Shown here: positions 32,283 through 47,870 of the stretch, in pieces
How the letters are laid out: each line of letters opens with the position of its first letter
Position numbering within the stretch: position 1 is the stretch's first letter
Sequence record: MT133560.1
DNA: 64,000 nt
Reading direction: 5' to 3' (one strand)
Notes under the pieces: generated by a model
The model's input: the letters and a program-made list of their open reading frames with translations, nothing else
The model's database searches: none
Told to the model about the DNA's origin: nothing
Translations under genes and position numbers: made by a program

Positions 32283-33581
32283 ATGTCTCTACTTAAAATG
32301 CTAGACAAACTATCACTTGAATCAATTGAAGATCAAGGTACTATGATTCATGGTGACGTTGAATTAGTCGTTGAAAATGAAACTTCTGCTGACGTGTCGT
32401 CTGTATTAGCAGAAGTTGATCAGATTGAAAATAACCCTGTAGAAGAAGTCCTTGATCCAGATGATGTTGTTCAACCCAATACGCTAGACACTGAAGTAAC
32501 CATTGTCCAAGCTGAAGACGAACTAGGTCAGATTGAGAACGCTAAAGAAGCACTTGAAAAGTTTCAAGGTCTTTTACTTCAAGCTGGTGAGGATGGCATT
32601 TCTCGACAAGCAGCAGCCTTCATGCATGTCGGTATGGAATCAATCGACCGTATTCTAGGTATTGAGAAATCAGAGTTAACTGCGGCACTTGAAAATTATG
32701 ATGCTTCTCCACGTAGCGCTATCCAGAAAGCAGCAGTTATCTCTCTTGAAGATATTAAAGAGAAACTGAAGGAAGCAGGTAAGAAGGCTTTAGAAATCAT
32801 CAAAAAGATTATTGCTATGCTAAAGCAAAAGATTAAAGATTTTAATCCAAAGCTAGTAGCACTAGAAATGCGCATCGACAAAACCATCGATGGTGTAAAG
32901 ACAGTTAAAGCAAGTAGTCTTAAGAAAGAAGAAGTTAAGTTTACACCCACAAAGTACATGATGTCTAGTGATGGCTTTATTGCTAATAATCCAAAAACAA
33001 TTGCAGACTTCATGACTGTTTTCTCAACTCAGTATGTATCGGCTATTAAGAAGTATAATGAAGTTGCTATCCGTCATCTTAAAAATGGTGATGAGGTTGA
33101 CGCAGATAAATATATCGATATGAAAATGGCTGACTCGATTAAGAAGGCAGTTGAGAAGGCACCTGGTGATATCAAGCTAGAGGTTGAGGCCTCATCTAGT
33201 GGTGTAAATAAATGGGTAGTTGTTGAGAGCGATAAACCTACTGAAGCACATGAAATTAGTGTTGAAGTACGTCAACCAAGTAAGATTCTAACTCATCTCA
33301 ATATTCTTAAAGGTCTTATTACTAAATTACGCGATTTTAATAATCTTGACTATACTCTTTCAGAGAACCTTGAGAAAGCACTAGAAGACTGGGATCCTGA
33401 AAAGAGCGGTATGTCAAAAGAAGCCGTACGTAACGCTCTGAACATTGGTTCCATTGATAATAGCGAACTAGTTAATTACATCGCTAAGTGTATCTCAGCG
33501 CAATACACCTTTATTGTTAAGCATGAACTTACAGCTTATGGTAAAGAAGCTTCAAAAGCCCCTGAGAACGACGAGAAGTAA
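32283..33581 (+). CDS. Internal head protein, gp93 paralog family
   Basis: Acidic propeptide; ALEKF..LLLQAGEDGISRQAAAFMH..ALENY..ISLEDIKE. Confidence 0.8.
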   Translation: MSLLKMLDKLSLESIEDQGTMIHGDVELVVENETSADVSSVLAEVDQIENNPVEEVLDPDDVVQPNTLDTEVTIVQAEDELGQIENAKEALEKFQGLLLQAGEDGISRQAAAFMHVGMESIDRILGIEKSELTAALENYDASPRSAIQKAAVISLEDIKEKLKEAGKKALEIIKKIIAMLKQKIKDFNPKLVALEMRIDKTIDGVKTVKASSLKKEEVKFTPTKYMMSSDGFIANNPKTIADFMTVFSTQYVSAIKKYNEVAIRHLKNGDEVDADKYIDMKMADSIKKAVEKAPGDIKLEVEASSSGVNKWVVVESDKPTEAHEISVEVRQPSKILTHLNILKGLITKLRDFNNLDYTLSENLEKALEDWDPEKSGMSKEAVRNALNIGSIDNSELVNYIAKCISAQYTFIVKHELTAYGKEASKAPENDEK

Positions 33582-33588
33582 TAAATAT

Positions 33589-33617
33589 AACGAGGAACCC
33601 TCAGGGGTTCCTCTTAT
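33589..33617 (+). terminator. Hairpin followed by TATG
   Basis: GAGGAACCC-TCAG-GGGTTCCTC-TTATG. Confidence 0.7.
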
Positions 33618-33651
33618 GCTATGTAATTAAATATTCTTGAGGGATTGTAAA

Positions 33652-35169
33652 ATGAACTTAAATAAATTACTTGATAGCTTAGAAGCTTACGGTACTATTG
33701 AAGTAAAAGAAAAAGTCGCGAAAGCCAAACTAAAGCATGCTGCTATAGATGACAAGCAAATATCTAAAGAACCAGAAGAAGCTGCCAAATTAATTGATGA
33801 ATTACCAAATGATGTAAAAGCAACTAATAATGGGTTAGATGTTGAAGAAGCACATAAACCTAATATCCATTGGAAATCAGATCGTGGTTTAGTTACTGAA
33901 GTTGATTCATTTGGTAAAACATACGTCGCATCAGAAGAATATCCAGCATCACCCCATGATACCCGAGAAAGTCCTGATAATAGACCTACACCAGTGGATG
34001 GTAAAGATTTAGATAGTGATGATGATCATTTAAATATCTTTGCGTATGATACACCTCCATCTCAAAACATGACATATCAGCTAAATCAATTACTGCATGC
34101 GCGTACTAGTTTAGAATGTTTTATAGATTTATTAAATACCGCTGGTGATAGAGGTATTACTAAACAATCAGCTGCTTTTATGCACGTTACATTAGAATCA
34201 ATTGATAAGCTTATCGGCTTTGAAAAGATTAGTATTGAAGATTTTAATGCAACCCCTAGCAGCGCTATGCGTTTTGTAAATATTTCTCAAGAAGAAATAA
34301 AAGAACGTATTGAAAGTATAGGTAAAAAGATACTTGCTTTAATAGTCCATGTTATTGAACAAGCTAAAGTAGCGGCACAGCGTGTACTAACTGGAATCAA
34401 ATCAGTTGAAGATAAAACTGATGAGTTAATTGAAAAAGCGAAAAGTTTAATCAATAAGCCAACTGTATCAAATGAAAGGGTAACACCTGATTTTGATATG
34501 TCAATTAAAATTGACAATCCTAAAATGTTATTCATTGGTGATGAATTTGTTTTAGACGATTTAACTAATGAAACAAAAGTTAGTCAATTTCTAGCTAAAG
34601 AATGGCCAAATATAGCTAGATCAAACATTGATAAAGTAGTTAAATTAATTAAAGACTACGACTTAGAAGATAATGAACTAGATAAGTTTAAAGAGGCTTT
34701 TGAATTTATTGGTGAAGCTAATCAGTTAGATAAAGTAAAAGATACTTCTCTACCTGGTAATAGTAAACTTATATTCCAGAAAGATAAATATGCTCCACGA
34801 CTTGGTGAAGATAAACATGGTGATGGTCCAGATACAATCACGATCGAGCCAAGGCCGCCTGTTGAAGTGCGTAAAACATTAGAAGTTAATAAAGAAGCTA
34901 TTCGTCGTTTAGGTGATCTATTTAAAGCTGAAAAAGATGTCCTTGAACAACTGAAGAAGGTTGCACAGGGCATTGAGGACATGGAGCTACGTAGGTCTAA
35001 AGCTATTTGGAAAGGTGCTCGTGATGATGCAAATGAGATTATATCTTTAGTTAATGGCTTTATTACCGATATGTCACCAGAATACGCAACACTAATTAGT
35101 TACCTATTACGTATTGCAAAGCAACGAAATGCTGTTTGTAATATGGAATTAGAAAGATATGGCCAATAA
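33652..35169 (+). CDS. Internal head protein, gp93 family (gp94-like)
   Basis: SLECF..LLNTAGDRGITKQSAAFMH..SIEDF..ISQEEIKE matches the gp93 motif. Confidence 0.8.
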   Translation: MNLNKLLDSLEAYGTIEVKEKVAKAKLKHAAIDDKQISKEPEEAAKLIDELPNDVKATNNGLDVEEAHKPNIHWKSDRGLVTEVDSFGKTYVASEEYPASPHDTRESPDNRPTPVDGKDLDSDDDHLNIFAYDTPPSQNMTYQLNQLLHARTSLECFIDLLNTAGDRGITKQSAAFMHVTLESIDKLIGFEKISIEDFNATPSSAMRFVNISQEEIKERIESIGKKILALIVHVIEQAKVAAQRVLTGIKSVEDKTDELIEKAKSLINKPTVSNERVTPDFDMSIKIDNPKMLFIGDEFVLDDLTNETKVSQFLAKEWPNIARSNIDKVVKLIKDYDLEDNELDKFKEAFEFIGEANQLDKVKDTSLPGNSKLIFQKDKYAPRLGEDKHGDGPDTITIEPRPPVEVRKTLEVNKEAIRRLGDLFKAEKDVLEQLKKVAQGIEDMELRRSKAIWKGARDDANEIISLVNGFITDMSPEYATLISYLLRIAKQRNAVCNMELERYGQ

Positions 35170-35256
35170 ATATATCTAAGTGTTCATTTTTATCTAAGTA
35201 CCTAATTCTATGGTTTATTGTTAAACGCGCGCAAAGAAATTCCTTGAGGAAATAAC

Positions 35257-36900
35257 ATGACATTTAAACTCAATGAGTATCTAGATAGTCTAGAAGACTA
35301 TACTGAGGTACCTATTCCTGAAACAGCAGTTGATAAAGTAGCAGCCATGACTAGTGGCGATTGTATTTCTGAAGACGCTGTACCTGAAAATACTATTCAA
35401 GATGTGACTGACAATAATGTTGGTGTAACACCAACTGCACCAGTGGATGCAGATACCACTATTGTTAATACTCCTAATAATGGCGTTATTGTTGAGACTC
35501 CAGCTGCTACTCTAGTTGAACAACCAGCTGTACCAGTTACCGTAGTTGAAACAGATGTAGTAACAGAAGTACCCCCTATTCCTGAACAACCTAATATTGC
35601 TGTTGAAACAGTTATTCCAGCAGGTGCCGAAGGAGAGGAACCACAAGGTGGTGAAACAGTAACTCAGCAAATCGCTGATCAGGCTGCCAAAGATAGTTCT
35701 ATTCCACTAGCGCATAATGGCGTGGTGCCACAGATCGCTGTTGCAGTGGATATGGATAAACCTACTGATTTCATGGACATTGGTAATGCACAAGTAGTTA
35801 CTACAGCAGTGCAAGATATTAATCAAGGTCTAAATACCGCATATGCCCTAGAGTCGATTAAAGCTCTTGTTCGACAAGCTGGTATTAATGGTATCAGTCA
35901 AAGTACAGCTGCATTTATTCATTCTGCACTCTTACCACATCGTCATGTACTTGGTGATAATACTTTAACTAGCTCATTAGAAAACTATACGACTGGTGGT
36001 AAAAGTCATTTATATCCAGTTAAGATTTCAACTGAGGATATTAAAGAGTTAAGTCGTAAGGCGCTTGCTTATATCAAGAAAGCTATTGCTAAACTACGTG
36101 AAATTATTAGCCACGTATGGGATAGTCTTAAGAATAGTGTACCGCGTGTGAGCGTAAAAGTTGATGAACTCATTTTAGCTATCCAAAATGCTAAGTTTGA
36201 AAATATACCCAGTGAATTAACGGTTCCTGTTAAAAATGGTGGACCCGTATTTGCTAATGGTAAATTCATTCAGCCTTCAGCTAACGTTGGATATGGCCCT
36301 ATTGTTAAATGGATGGCATCTGTATATGCAAAAGACTATGCTACCTACCTAACGAATATTGGCACTGTGCTTAAAGCTTGGGATCCAGAGCGTAATGATG
36401 CTAGCGAACTAGTTGAGAAGATGGACAAACTTCAAGATGGGCCTCTCAAACACTACGCTAGTACATCTAACACTTTACCGGGTAATAAGCTTGTAACTAC
36501 GACTGCTACTCAAGTATATCTAACGGATGATGAGACAGCCGCAGAACCTGGCGCTGAAGTGACTTTAAAGAACTTTGATAAGAGTCAAGCTAAGAAAGAA
36601 GCAGTAGCTCTACGTAATCTGGTTGATGATGCAGCTAATGTTATCACTGGCGGACGGAACATTGTTAAAGCCATTAAGCAACTTGAAGATGATGTTGATC
36701 AACTTTCACGGAAACTAGAGAGTGATAAAATCGACGATGTTTCTAAAGAACAGATCGAAGAAGTATCACGTAAGGTAGCATCTATTATTACAGATAGTGC
36801 ACCTAAACATGACTCCATTATTCGTGAAGCAATGCGTTACGCAAATACTGCAACTGGACTTTATAATAGTGTAATTAACACTAAATTCCAAGCAGAATAA
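35257..36900 (+). CDS. Internal head protein, gp93 family (gp95-like)
   Basis: ALESIKALVRQAGINGISQSTAAFIH..SLENY..ISTEDIKE. Confidence 0.8.
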   Translation: MTFKLNEYLDSLEDYTEVPIPETAVDKVAAMTSGDCISEDAVPENTIQDVTDNNVGVTPTAPVDADTTIVNTPNNGVIVETPAATLVEQPAVPVTVVETDVVTEVPPIPEQPNIAVETVIPAGAEGEEPQGGETVTQQIADQAAKDSSIPLAHNGVVPQIAVAVDMDKPTDFMDIGNAQVVTTAVQDINQGLNTAYALESIKALVRQAGINGISQSTAAFIHSALLPHRHVLGDNTLTSSLENYTTGGKSHLYPVKISTEDIKELSRKALAYIKKAIAKLREIISHVWDSLKNSVPRVSVKVDELILAIQNAKFENIPSELTVPVKNGGPVFANGKFIQPSANVGYGPIVKWMASVYAKDYATYLTNIGTVLKAWDPERNDASELVEKMDKLQDGPLKHYASTSNTLPGNKLVTTTATQVYLTDDETAAEPGAEVTLKNFDKSQAKKEAVALRNLVDDAANVITGGRNIVKAIKQLEDDVDQLSRKLESDKIDDVSKEQIEEVSRKVASIITDSAPKHDSIIREAMRYANTATGLYNSVINTKFQAE

Positions 36901-36913
36901 TGATAGGTGACGA

Positions 36914-36948
36914 CATATTGACGGGGCTCGGAAGAGTCCCGTCTTATG
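36914..36948 (+). terminator. CATA...TATG-flanked hairpin
   Basis: CATATT-GACGGGGCTC-GGAA-GAGTCCCGTC-TTATG. Confidence 0.7.
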
Positions 36949-36961
36949 TTAGGAGTTAGCA

Positions 36962-38077
36962 ATGGAATTAATTGATATTTATAAAGATACACCAGATGAA
37001 ATGATTATTGATCTTGATGAACCTAAAAGACTTGCAGATTTATTATCAGGCGATGAAGCATTAGCTAGGCGAGTGATGGATCTATTAGGTGGTATGGAAG
37101 ATTATAATCAGATCCAAGGGGTTATCAAAGAATTAGAGGATGTGGTATCTACTGAAGATATTAGTGATACTATTAAACATGTCATTGATCGAGTTATTAA
37201 ACTATTTGTCACCACTATTGAGAAACTAATGGATAGTGGAGTAGTATTAGCAGCTACAGCTGAATATGTTGCAATTCGAGCAGAAAACTTACGAGTTAAC
37301 AGTCGTGCTAGAACTCGTAAAAATAAGAATCCTACATTCCTAATTACAACTCGTATTCAGAACCTAAGTGTTAGATATAAACCTATTACCAATAGTGCTA
37401 ATTTGTTATCTCACTTACGCGTATTGGAGACAGTAGTTGATGGGTATATCAATGGATTAGACAATGTGATTCTAAGGCCAGCTAATATCATACCTTCGTA
37501 TATGAATCCAAATGCTAGTCCAGATGCTTTAGCAGAACTACTATTAAATAGTGCCCCAACTAAAATAACCACACCATCTGTTTATCGCGATCAAGGTAAT
37601 CGATTTGTATCATTGCATTTGCTAGGTAATCATCAGATTGTAATTAACTATAATCCCGATAAGAATGCAAGTGCTTATGATCAGTGTAGGGATATTTCTT
37701 CACGGTTAGTTCCATCTGAAGAAACCCCTAGACCACTACCAGTCGAAATAGAATTTGAACATTTCAACCATCAAGTTACTGAAAGTATTATTGATCGAGT
37801 TGTTAAGGTAGTTGATAAGATCAATCGTGCAAATGCTGCATCAATGCGTACTCGTCGAAATGAACGGTTAAGGACTCTTAAAGGTGCATTAATCAGGTTT
37901 AGAGATGAACTAACACGTGCTCGTAATGAAGGGCGACCTGATAGAGAAATACAAGAACTTGTTTCATTGGTAGAAACATATGTTGATTGGTTGGCTATTC
38001 CTTATCACGACCTATTTAAATTAACATGTCGTAATTTGACTGCCATACTCAATGTATGCGATGAAAATCTAAAGTAA
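36962..38077 (+). CDS. Internal head protein (gp96-like)
   Basis: 371 aa; GME/STE sites near the N-terminus. Confidence 0.7.
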   Translation: MELIDIYKDTPDEMIIDLDEPKRLADLLSGDEALARRVMDLLGGMEDYNQIQGVIKELEDVVSTEDISDTIKHVIDRVIKLFVTTIEKLMDSGVVLAATAEYVAIRAENLRVNSRARTRKNKNPTFLITTRIQNLSVRYKPITNSANLLSHLRVLETVVDGYINGLDNVILRPANIIPSYMNPNASPDALAELLLNSAPTKITTPSVYRDQGNRFVSLHLLGNHQIVINYNPDKNASAYDQCRDISSRLVPSEETPRPLPVEIEFEHFNHQVTESIIDRVVKVVDKINRANAASMRTRRNERLRTLKGALIRFRDELTRARNEGRPDREIQELVSLVETYVDWLAIPYHDLFKLTCRNLTAILNVCDENLK

Positions 38078-38176
38078 GATTCCAGCGCAATATTTTGAAT
38101 GTTAACGTTCGTCGCTTGGAGTTATGACTAAGACGAATAGCATAACTCATAAACTCTGTACAGAAGGTATATTAAC

Positions 38177-40627
38177 ATGATGGTAAATATTCACAAATAT
38201 GTAGCCAGCCTTGAGAACCAAGATGGTACGGCTGTGGAACAGGATGTATCCAAAGTCGAGACATCTGTTAAAGATGATCATGAACTAGTTCAAGATTTAA
38301 AGAAAGATAATGATGCATCTGCAACTATTGAGAATGAAACTGTTAAAACAGATACTGATATTATCTCTGCTGAAGAACATGAAGAAACAGCACATGCTGC
38401 TGATAAGTCAGCAGTAATTGTTGAAGAAGTTGTACCAGAAGAAACTGTTGTTGAGGAAAGTATTCCTGAACCGCTAGCTACTACTAGTGTCGAAGAAGGC
38501 GAAGAAGCAGTTAAAGTTGCTGAAGCTGAAATCGCTGAAGAAATCGGTACAATTTCTGAAGGTGGTAAAGAGGTTTTAGATTCAACCACTGAAATTATTG
38601 AAGCTGCACAAGATGCGGCTGATGATACTGAACTAGTGCCTGTTGCAGAAGCACCTGGTGAAACAGCAGTGGAATTAACTCCCACTGAAGAAACCCCACT
38701 TGGTGACGAAACTCCGCCGCCTGCACCACTGTCCGAAGAACTTCCAGCTGGTGATGAACCCGTGTCATCCACTATGGATACACTACCGGATGAAGTATTA
38801 GATGCTGGTGAAGTTGTAAGCGAAGCAGTTCCTGGTATCGATGATGATGTGACACCGGAAGAAGCCGGTGCTGAACAGACAACTGCTGATGAAAGTTCCA
38901 ATGATGAACCTGATGCAGAGATTACTGAAACTGAAGAAGTCGATGTTACTGAACCAGCTGTAGCTGATGCTGAAACAGAAGTTGTTGAAACCGTGGAAGA
39001 CACGCCGGATACAACTGATAGTGAAGTAGCTGAAGTAGTAGAGACGGAATCTGAAAGTATCCCTGCTGAAGCTGAACCGGATGAAATCGTAGCAGTTGAT
39101 GAAGAAGTAGCTGTAACTGATCCAATTGTAGAAGAAGCTGCCGAAACAGCAGAAGTAGCTGAAGACGGCTTAAGTGAATTGGAAGAAGTTCGGGATGAAG
39201 CTGAAGAAGAATTAACTAATGATGACAGTGATTCTACTGATGTATTAATTAATGAAGCTGAAACTGAAGAAACAGTTGCTGAAACTGAAACAGCATCTAC
39301 TATTGCTGAACCAACAATTGAAGAAGGTGCAGTTGAAGATGATAGTGAAACAATTGTCGCTGAAGCTGATGATGATGTTTCAGAAGATGACATCGAAGAA
39401 AAGTTAGCTGAAGGTGAAATTGATATTCCAGATGTCGATGTAGAAGTAACTGAAGATGATGTTGAAGAAGCAGATGAAGCTGCTGATGAGGCAGTTGCTG
39501 AAGCTGATGATCTTGAAGATGAAGTTGAGGACAGTAAGAAGACCATTGGTCAATTACTTGAAGAGCAGGCATCAAATGAATCAATGCTTGAGATTCTGCA
39601 TTATGGACTAGAGCATAAACAGTATAGCCCTCAGTTCATCGTTCATGCTAATAGCTGCTTAGAACGTCTACACAATGCCTTTGATGTCTATTCACCTGGT
39701 ATTCCAGCAATGGAAGATTATGGTTATGGTAATCTAGAAGATTACTATAAGGCGATGGTTACTTCACTAGAATCATTTAATAGCACTATTGGTAAGTTTG
39801 TTCGAAATATTATCGACAATATTGCTGAAGGTGCAAATGCATCCATCCATGTTAAAGCTAACCAAAAAGAACTCGCCGCAGCTAATACTAAAGCTGACCA
39901 ACTTCTAGTTAAGCTTAAAGACACTGATAATTTTGAAAGTAAAGAAATCAAAATTAATGGTATTCTAAAAGGTGATGATAATCTAGTGCGTGGTGTTGCT
40001 GGAGAGGTTCGTCGTATTAGCGATATTATTAACAAATGCTTTAAAATCGATGGTGAATACATCGAACGTTTAGTTGGTCATCTAGCAACCGCTATTGAAG
40101 CTGATAGTGAAGAAGCTATTGATAAGGCTCTAGAAGAAGCAACTAAATTAGAAGTACCTGTTAAGAAATATCCTGAGAGTTCATTTATCAGTGGAAAACT
40201 AGAAGGTAGTTTTACCTTCGAGAAGTCTGGCCGTGATGTAACTGGTCGCACTAGTAAAGATATTGAACGATTAGCTGCTATTGCACTTCCAACTGGTGAA
40301 TGGGGTGCTACCGGTACTGCTACTGCTAAAGTTAGCCGTAAGGACGTTACTGAACTAATGAAACTTTCTAAAGTTCTAATTGGTCTTGGTAATGCCTCTC
40401 TAAAAGTTAGCGGTAACCGCGGTGTACGTCGTCTTGACCAAGCTAACCGTGATATCTCTAAAGTGGCTAGCATGGATAGTAAAGCCGGTAAAAAGAAAGT
40501 CCGGCAACTAGCTAGTGCAGTATGGGAAGTTGTTGGCCAATCGGCTGAAAACCACACCGTTCTAGTTGATTACATTGTAGCTCTTACCAATGCAATTAAC
40601 ACTGCTGTGAATCGTGCCATTAAGTAA
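38177..40627 (+). CDS. Internal head protein with very long acidic propeptide (gp97-like)
   Basis: 816 aa; roughly the first 450 aa are E/D/A/V-rich; AME/SLE sites precede the mature domain. Confidence 0.8.
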   Translation: MMVNIHKYVASLENQDGTAVEQDVSKVETSVKDDHELVQDLKKDNDASATIENETVKTDTDIISAEEHEETAHAADKSAVIVEEVVPEETVVEESIPEPLATTSVEEGEEAVKVAEAEIAEEIGTISEGGKEVLDSTTEIIEAAQDAADDTELVPVAEAPGETAVELTPTEETPLGDETPPPAPLSEELPAGDEPVSSTMDTLPDEVLDAGEVVSEAVPGIDDDVTPEEAGAEQTTADESSNDEPDAEITETEEVDVTEPAVADAETEVVETVEDTPDTTDSEVAEVVETESESIPAEAEPDEIVAVDEEVAVTDPIVEEAAETAEVAEDGLSELEEVRDEAEEELTNDDSDSTDVLINEAETEETVAETETASTIAEPTIEEGAVEDDSETIVAEADDDVSEDDIEEKLAEGEIDIPDVDVEVTEDDVEEADEAADEAVAEADDLEDEVEDSKKTIGQLLEEQASNESMLEILHYGLEHKQYSPQFIVHANSCLERLHNAFDVYSPGIPAMEDYGYGNLEDYYKAMVTSLESFNSTIGKFVRNIIDNIAEGANASIHVKANQKELAAANTKADQLLVKLKDTDNFESKEIKINGILKGDDNLVRGVAGEVRRISDIINKCFKIDGEYIERLVGHLATAIEADSEEAIDKALEEATKLEVPVKKYPESSFISGKLEGSFTFEKSGRDVTGRTSKDIERLAAIALPTGEWGATGTATAKVSRKDVTELMKLSKVLIGLGNASLKVSGNRGVRRLDQANRDISKVASMDSKAGKKKVRQLASAVWEVVGQSAENHTVLVDYIVALTNAINTAVNRAIK

Positions 40628-40631
40628 CAAA

Positions 40632-40664
40632 CATAACGGGGAGCCTTCATGGCTCCCTTTTATG
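40632..40664 (+). terminator. CATA...TATG-flanked hairpin
   Basis: CATAAC-GGGAGCC..GGCTCCC-TTTTATG. Confidence 0.7.
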
Positions 40665-40692
40665 CTGTTAGACCATGATCTTATGATCTTAA

Positions 40693-43748
<3,056 letters not shown>

Positions 43749-43752
43749 TACC

Positions 43753-45730
<1,978 letters not shown>

Positions 45731-45742
45731 TTTAGGTGTATT

Positions 45743-46165
45743 ATGGAACAACTATTTATACGAGTTGATGTGAGGTGGTCACAACAATTCTTTTCTGAAT
45801 TAAAACAATACTTTAATTATACCGCAAAAGATGAAGATGATCTTAACTACTTGATCATTCTTTATATTAAAGAACGACATAATTTCTTTTGGACATGTGT
45901 TCCAGATAGATACAATGATGTAATGTGTAGTTTCTATAAATCAATTTGTGGTTATCCAATAAATCCTAATATCATTGCAAATAGATTTGATCAACTCTAT
46001 CGTGAGATTATGAATAGCTTATTACAAATAAAAGGTATTATCAAAGATATAGTTGCTGTTAAAACAAAAGAAGGGGATATCGAGGGATTCATTATACATT
46101 CTGAATCACTACCTAGGTCCTATCCAAGACCTACTAATTGGAAAGGTGTATTTGAAAGATCTTAA
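45743..46165 (+). CDS. Hypothetical protein
   Basis: AGGTG SD before ATG 45743 (MEQLFIRV). Confidence 0.75.
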   Translation: MEQLFIRVDVRWSQQFFSELKQYFNYTAKDEDDLNYLIILYIKERHNFFWTCVPDRYNDVMCSFYKSICGYPINPNIIANRFDQLYREIMNSLLQIKGIIKDIVAVKTKEGDIEGFIIHSESLPRSYPRPTNWKGVFERS

Positions 46166-46177
46166 ACAGTATATTAC
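46161..46177 (+). promoter_or_regulatory. Early promoter
   Basis: CTTAAACAG-TATATTAC, an exact phiKZ early motif. Confidence 0.75.
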
Positions 46178-46204
46178 ACATATGAACTAATGTGGAGTAT
46201 ATAC

Positions 46205-46330
46205 ATGGAAAACATCCCTTTAAATAAACCTAAACAACCGGTAGTACCTGAAACATGGATAAAACTTCATCATGTGGTCGTGTTATTCATTCTCTCACTA
46301 ATAGGAACTTTAATCTTCAATGGTATTTAG
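46205..46330 (+). CDS. 41-aa single-TM microprotein MENIPLNKPKQPVVPETWIKLHHVVVLFILSLIGTLIFNGI
   Basis: GGAG SD; first gene after the early promoter; below the ORF-track cutoff. Confidence 0.65.
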   Translation: MENIPLNKPKQPVVPETWIKLHHVVVLFILSLIGTLIFNGI

Positions 46331-46338
46331 GAGGACAT

Positions 46339-46731
46339 ATGTCATTTATAATTGCTATATGTCTAGCAGTAATGGTAATAGGTATTTTTACTATTGGATC
46401 TAAAGTTAGAGCTTTATGGTATCTTATAAATGGTAAAACTTTAAATGAGCATAAGAAATGGCGCGCAGACTTCAATGAAGTAATTCAATGGCTTCATGAA
46501 GGTGCTTTCTTTACTAAATCAGGTTTATTTAAAGATCAAGCTATCTCGATTAGATTGTGTGAGCTATCGCGCAGTAAGAAATTATTCCCAATGCTACGGC
46601 GTTCTAAGTTCGAAGTTATAACTGCTAAGGTATTTAGGGAAATAACTGGTGAGCCTTCAGAGTATAATTATTACTTGAAATTTAATAAGGCTTATATTGG
46701 CTTCTACAACGCTAATCCAGAAATCCAATAA
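46339..46731 (+). CDS. N-terminally anchored membrane protein (130 aa)
   Basis: GGAGG SD puts the start at 46339 (MSFIIAICLAVMVIGIF). Confidence 0.8.
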   Translation: MSFIIAICLAVMVIGIFTIGSKVRALWYLINGKTLNEHKKWRADFNEVIQWLHEGAFFTKSGLFKDQAISIRLCELSRSKKLFPMLRRSKFEVITAKVFREITGEPSEYNYYLKFNKAYIGFYNANPEIQ

Positions 46732-46811
46732 GCCTGGAAATGCACCCAATCTAATGAGAAGGTCTATGTTTTGATCTTCTCATTAGTACTCTTGTAGAAG
46801 GAGCCATTATC

Positions 46812-47300
46812 ATGGCTGAATTTATTATAGGTAAAGATATATTCAATGTACCTGGTGATCTTTATCTAATCACTGTTAATGTTGTTGGCGTCATGGGCGC
46901 TGGTTTAGCCAAATCGTTTAAAGAAAAGTATCCTGAACTTTTTGAAAGATACAAACACGATTGCAAAAAGAGAATTATTACTATTGGTAATCCGGTTATT
47001 TACAAAGCATCCGATGGTAAACGTTTCATGATGTTTCCTACTAAGGATAACTGGCGGAACCCATCTCAAATTAGTTTCATTGAACGTGGTCTAGAGTGGA
47101 TGATGGAGAACGTATCGGATTCTGCGGAAAATGAAGAAGACTGTATTCATCCAGATTGGAAAATTATCATACCACCTCTAGGGTGTGCTAATGGTGGATT
47201 AGATTTCTCTGATGTTAGAACAATCATTGAAGATTGGTCTAATCACATGCCTAACCAGATTGTGGTTGTTTATCCACCGTGGATAGATTCATCGGTTTAA
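46812..47300 (+). CDS. Macrodomain ADP-ribose hydrolase, DarG-like (gp104-like)
   Basis: TVNVVGVMGAGLAKSFKEKYP, FPTKDNWRNPS and IPPLGCANGGLDF are DarG-type macro signatures. Confidence 0.88.
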   Translation: MAEFIIGKDIFNVPGDLYLITVNVVGVMGAGLAKSFKEKYPELFERYKHDCKKRIITIGNPVIYKASDGKRFMMFPTKDNWRNPSQISFIERGLEWMMENVSDSAENEEDCIHPDWKIIIPPLGCANGGLDFSDVRTIIEDWSNHMPNQIVVVYPPWIDSSV

Positions 47301-47331
47301 CATTGGCCTTCCCTCAGGGGAAGGCTTTATG
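47301..47331 (+). terminator. Hairpin followed by TATG
   Basis: GCCTTCCC-TCAG-GGGAAGGC-TTTATG. Confidence 0.7.
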
Positions 47332-47347
47332 TCGTATATTCAAACCA

Positions 47348-47365
47348 TTTTAAACAGTATATTAC
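47348..47365 (+). promoter_or_regulatory. Early promoter
   Basis: TTTTAAACAG-TATATTAC. Confidence 0.75.
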
Positions 47366-47423
47366 ATTTGTGACAATACTGTAAACATTATCATACAACT
47401 TAATGTAAATAGGTGGAAATAAA

Positions 47424-47870
47424 ATGGCAAAGACTAAAAAGCAGAAAGTGCAAGAGGCGATTACTCGTAAATTGATCAAGTTCTATAGTGATACATTTCC
47501 GGAGTTGATGAAAGCTATTGAAAACTGTGATAGCAGTGGCGAAGAGCATAACCTCCACAATGTATTTGATAATTATAAGAAAACCATTAAAATGGCAGAA
47601 GAAGCCAAGGTTGACCTTAGTCTTTATGGAGTAAATTTAATTGACAAGGATACATACACGAGTCTTTTGTGGTTTATCGAAGGTTGCTATGTATGGGACA
47701 TGATTAAAAAACTTAACAAAGCAAAATATGACAATGTTCCTGAACTGGCCAGAATTACACAATGGGATGAACTGGATGACGCAAAGAAACTTCAATTCAA
47801 TAAAAGTCGAGATTACATCATCAAACGACTGAAAGAAGTAACGACTTGTGAACATTTCAGAAACTATTAA
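47424..47870 (+). CDS. Hypothetical early protein
   Basis: 148-aa ORF, AGGTGG SD. Confidence 0.8.
   Translation: MAKTKKQKVQEAITRKLIKFYSDTFPELMKAIENCDSSGEEHNLHNVFDNYKKTIKMAEEAKVDLSLYGVNLIDKDTYTSLLWFIEGCYVWDMIKKLNKAKYDNVPELARITQWDELDDAKKLQFNKSRDYIIKRLKEVTTCEHFRNY

Noticed and set aside
38290-39546. 418-aa Ser-rich minus-strand ORF
   Set aside because: Antisense shadow of the GAA/GAT/GCT-rich acidic propeptide of the gp97-like gene; no SD or context.
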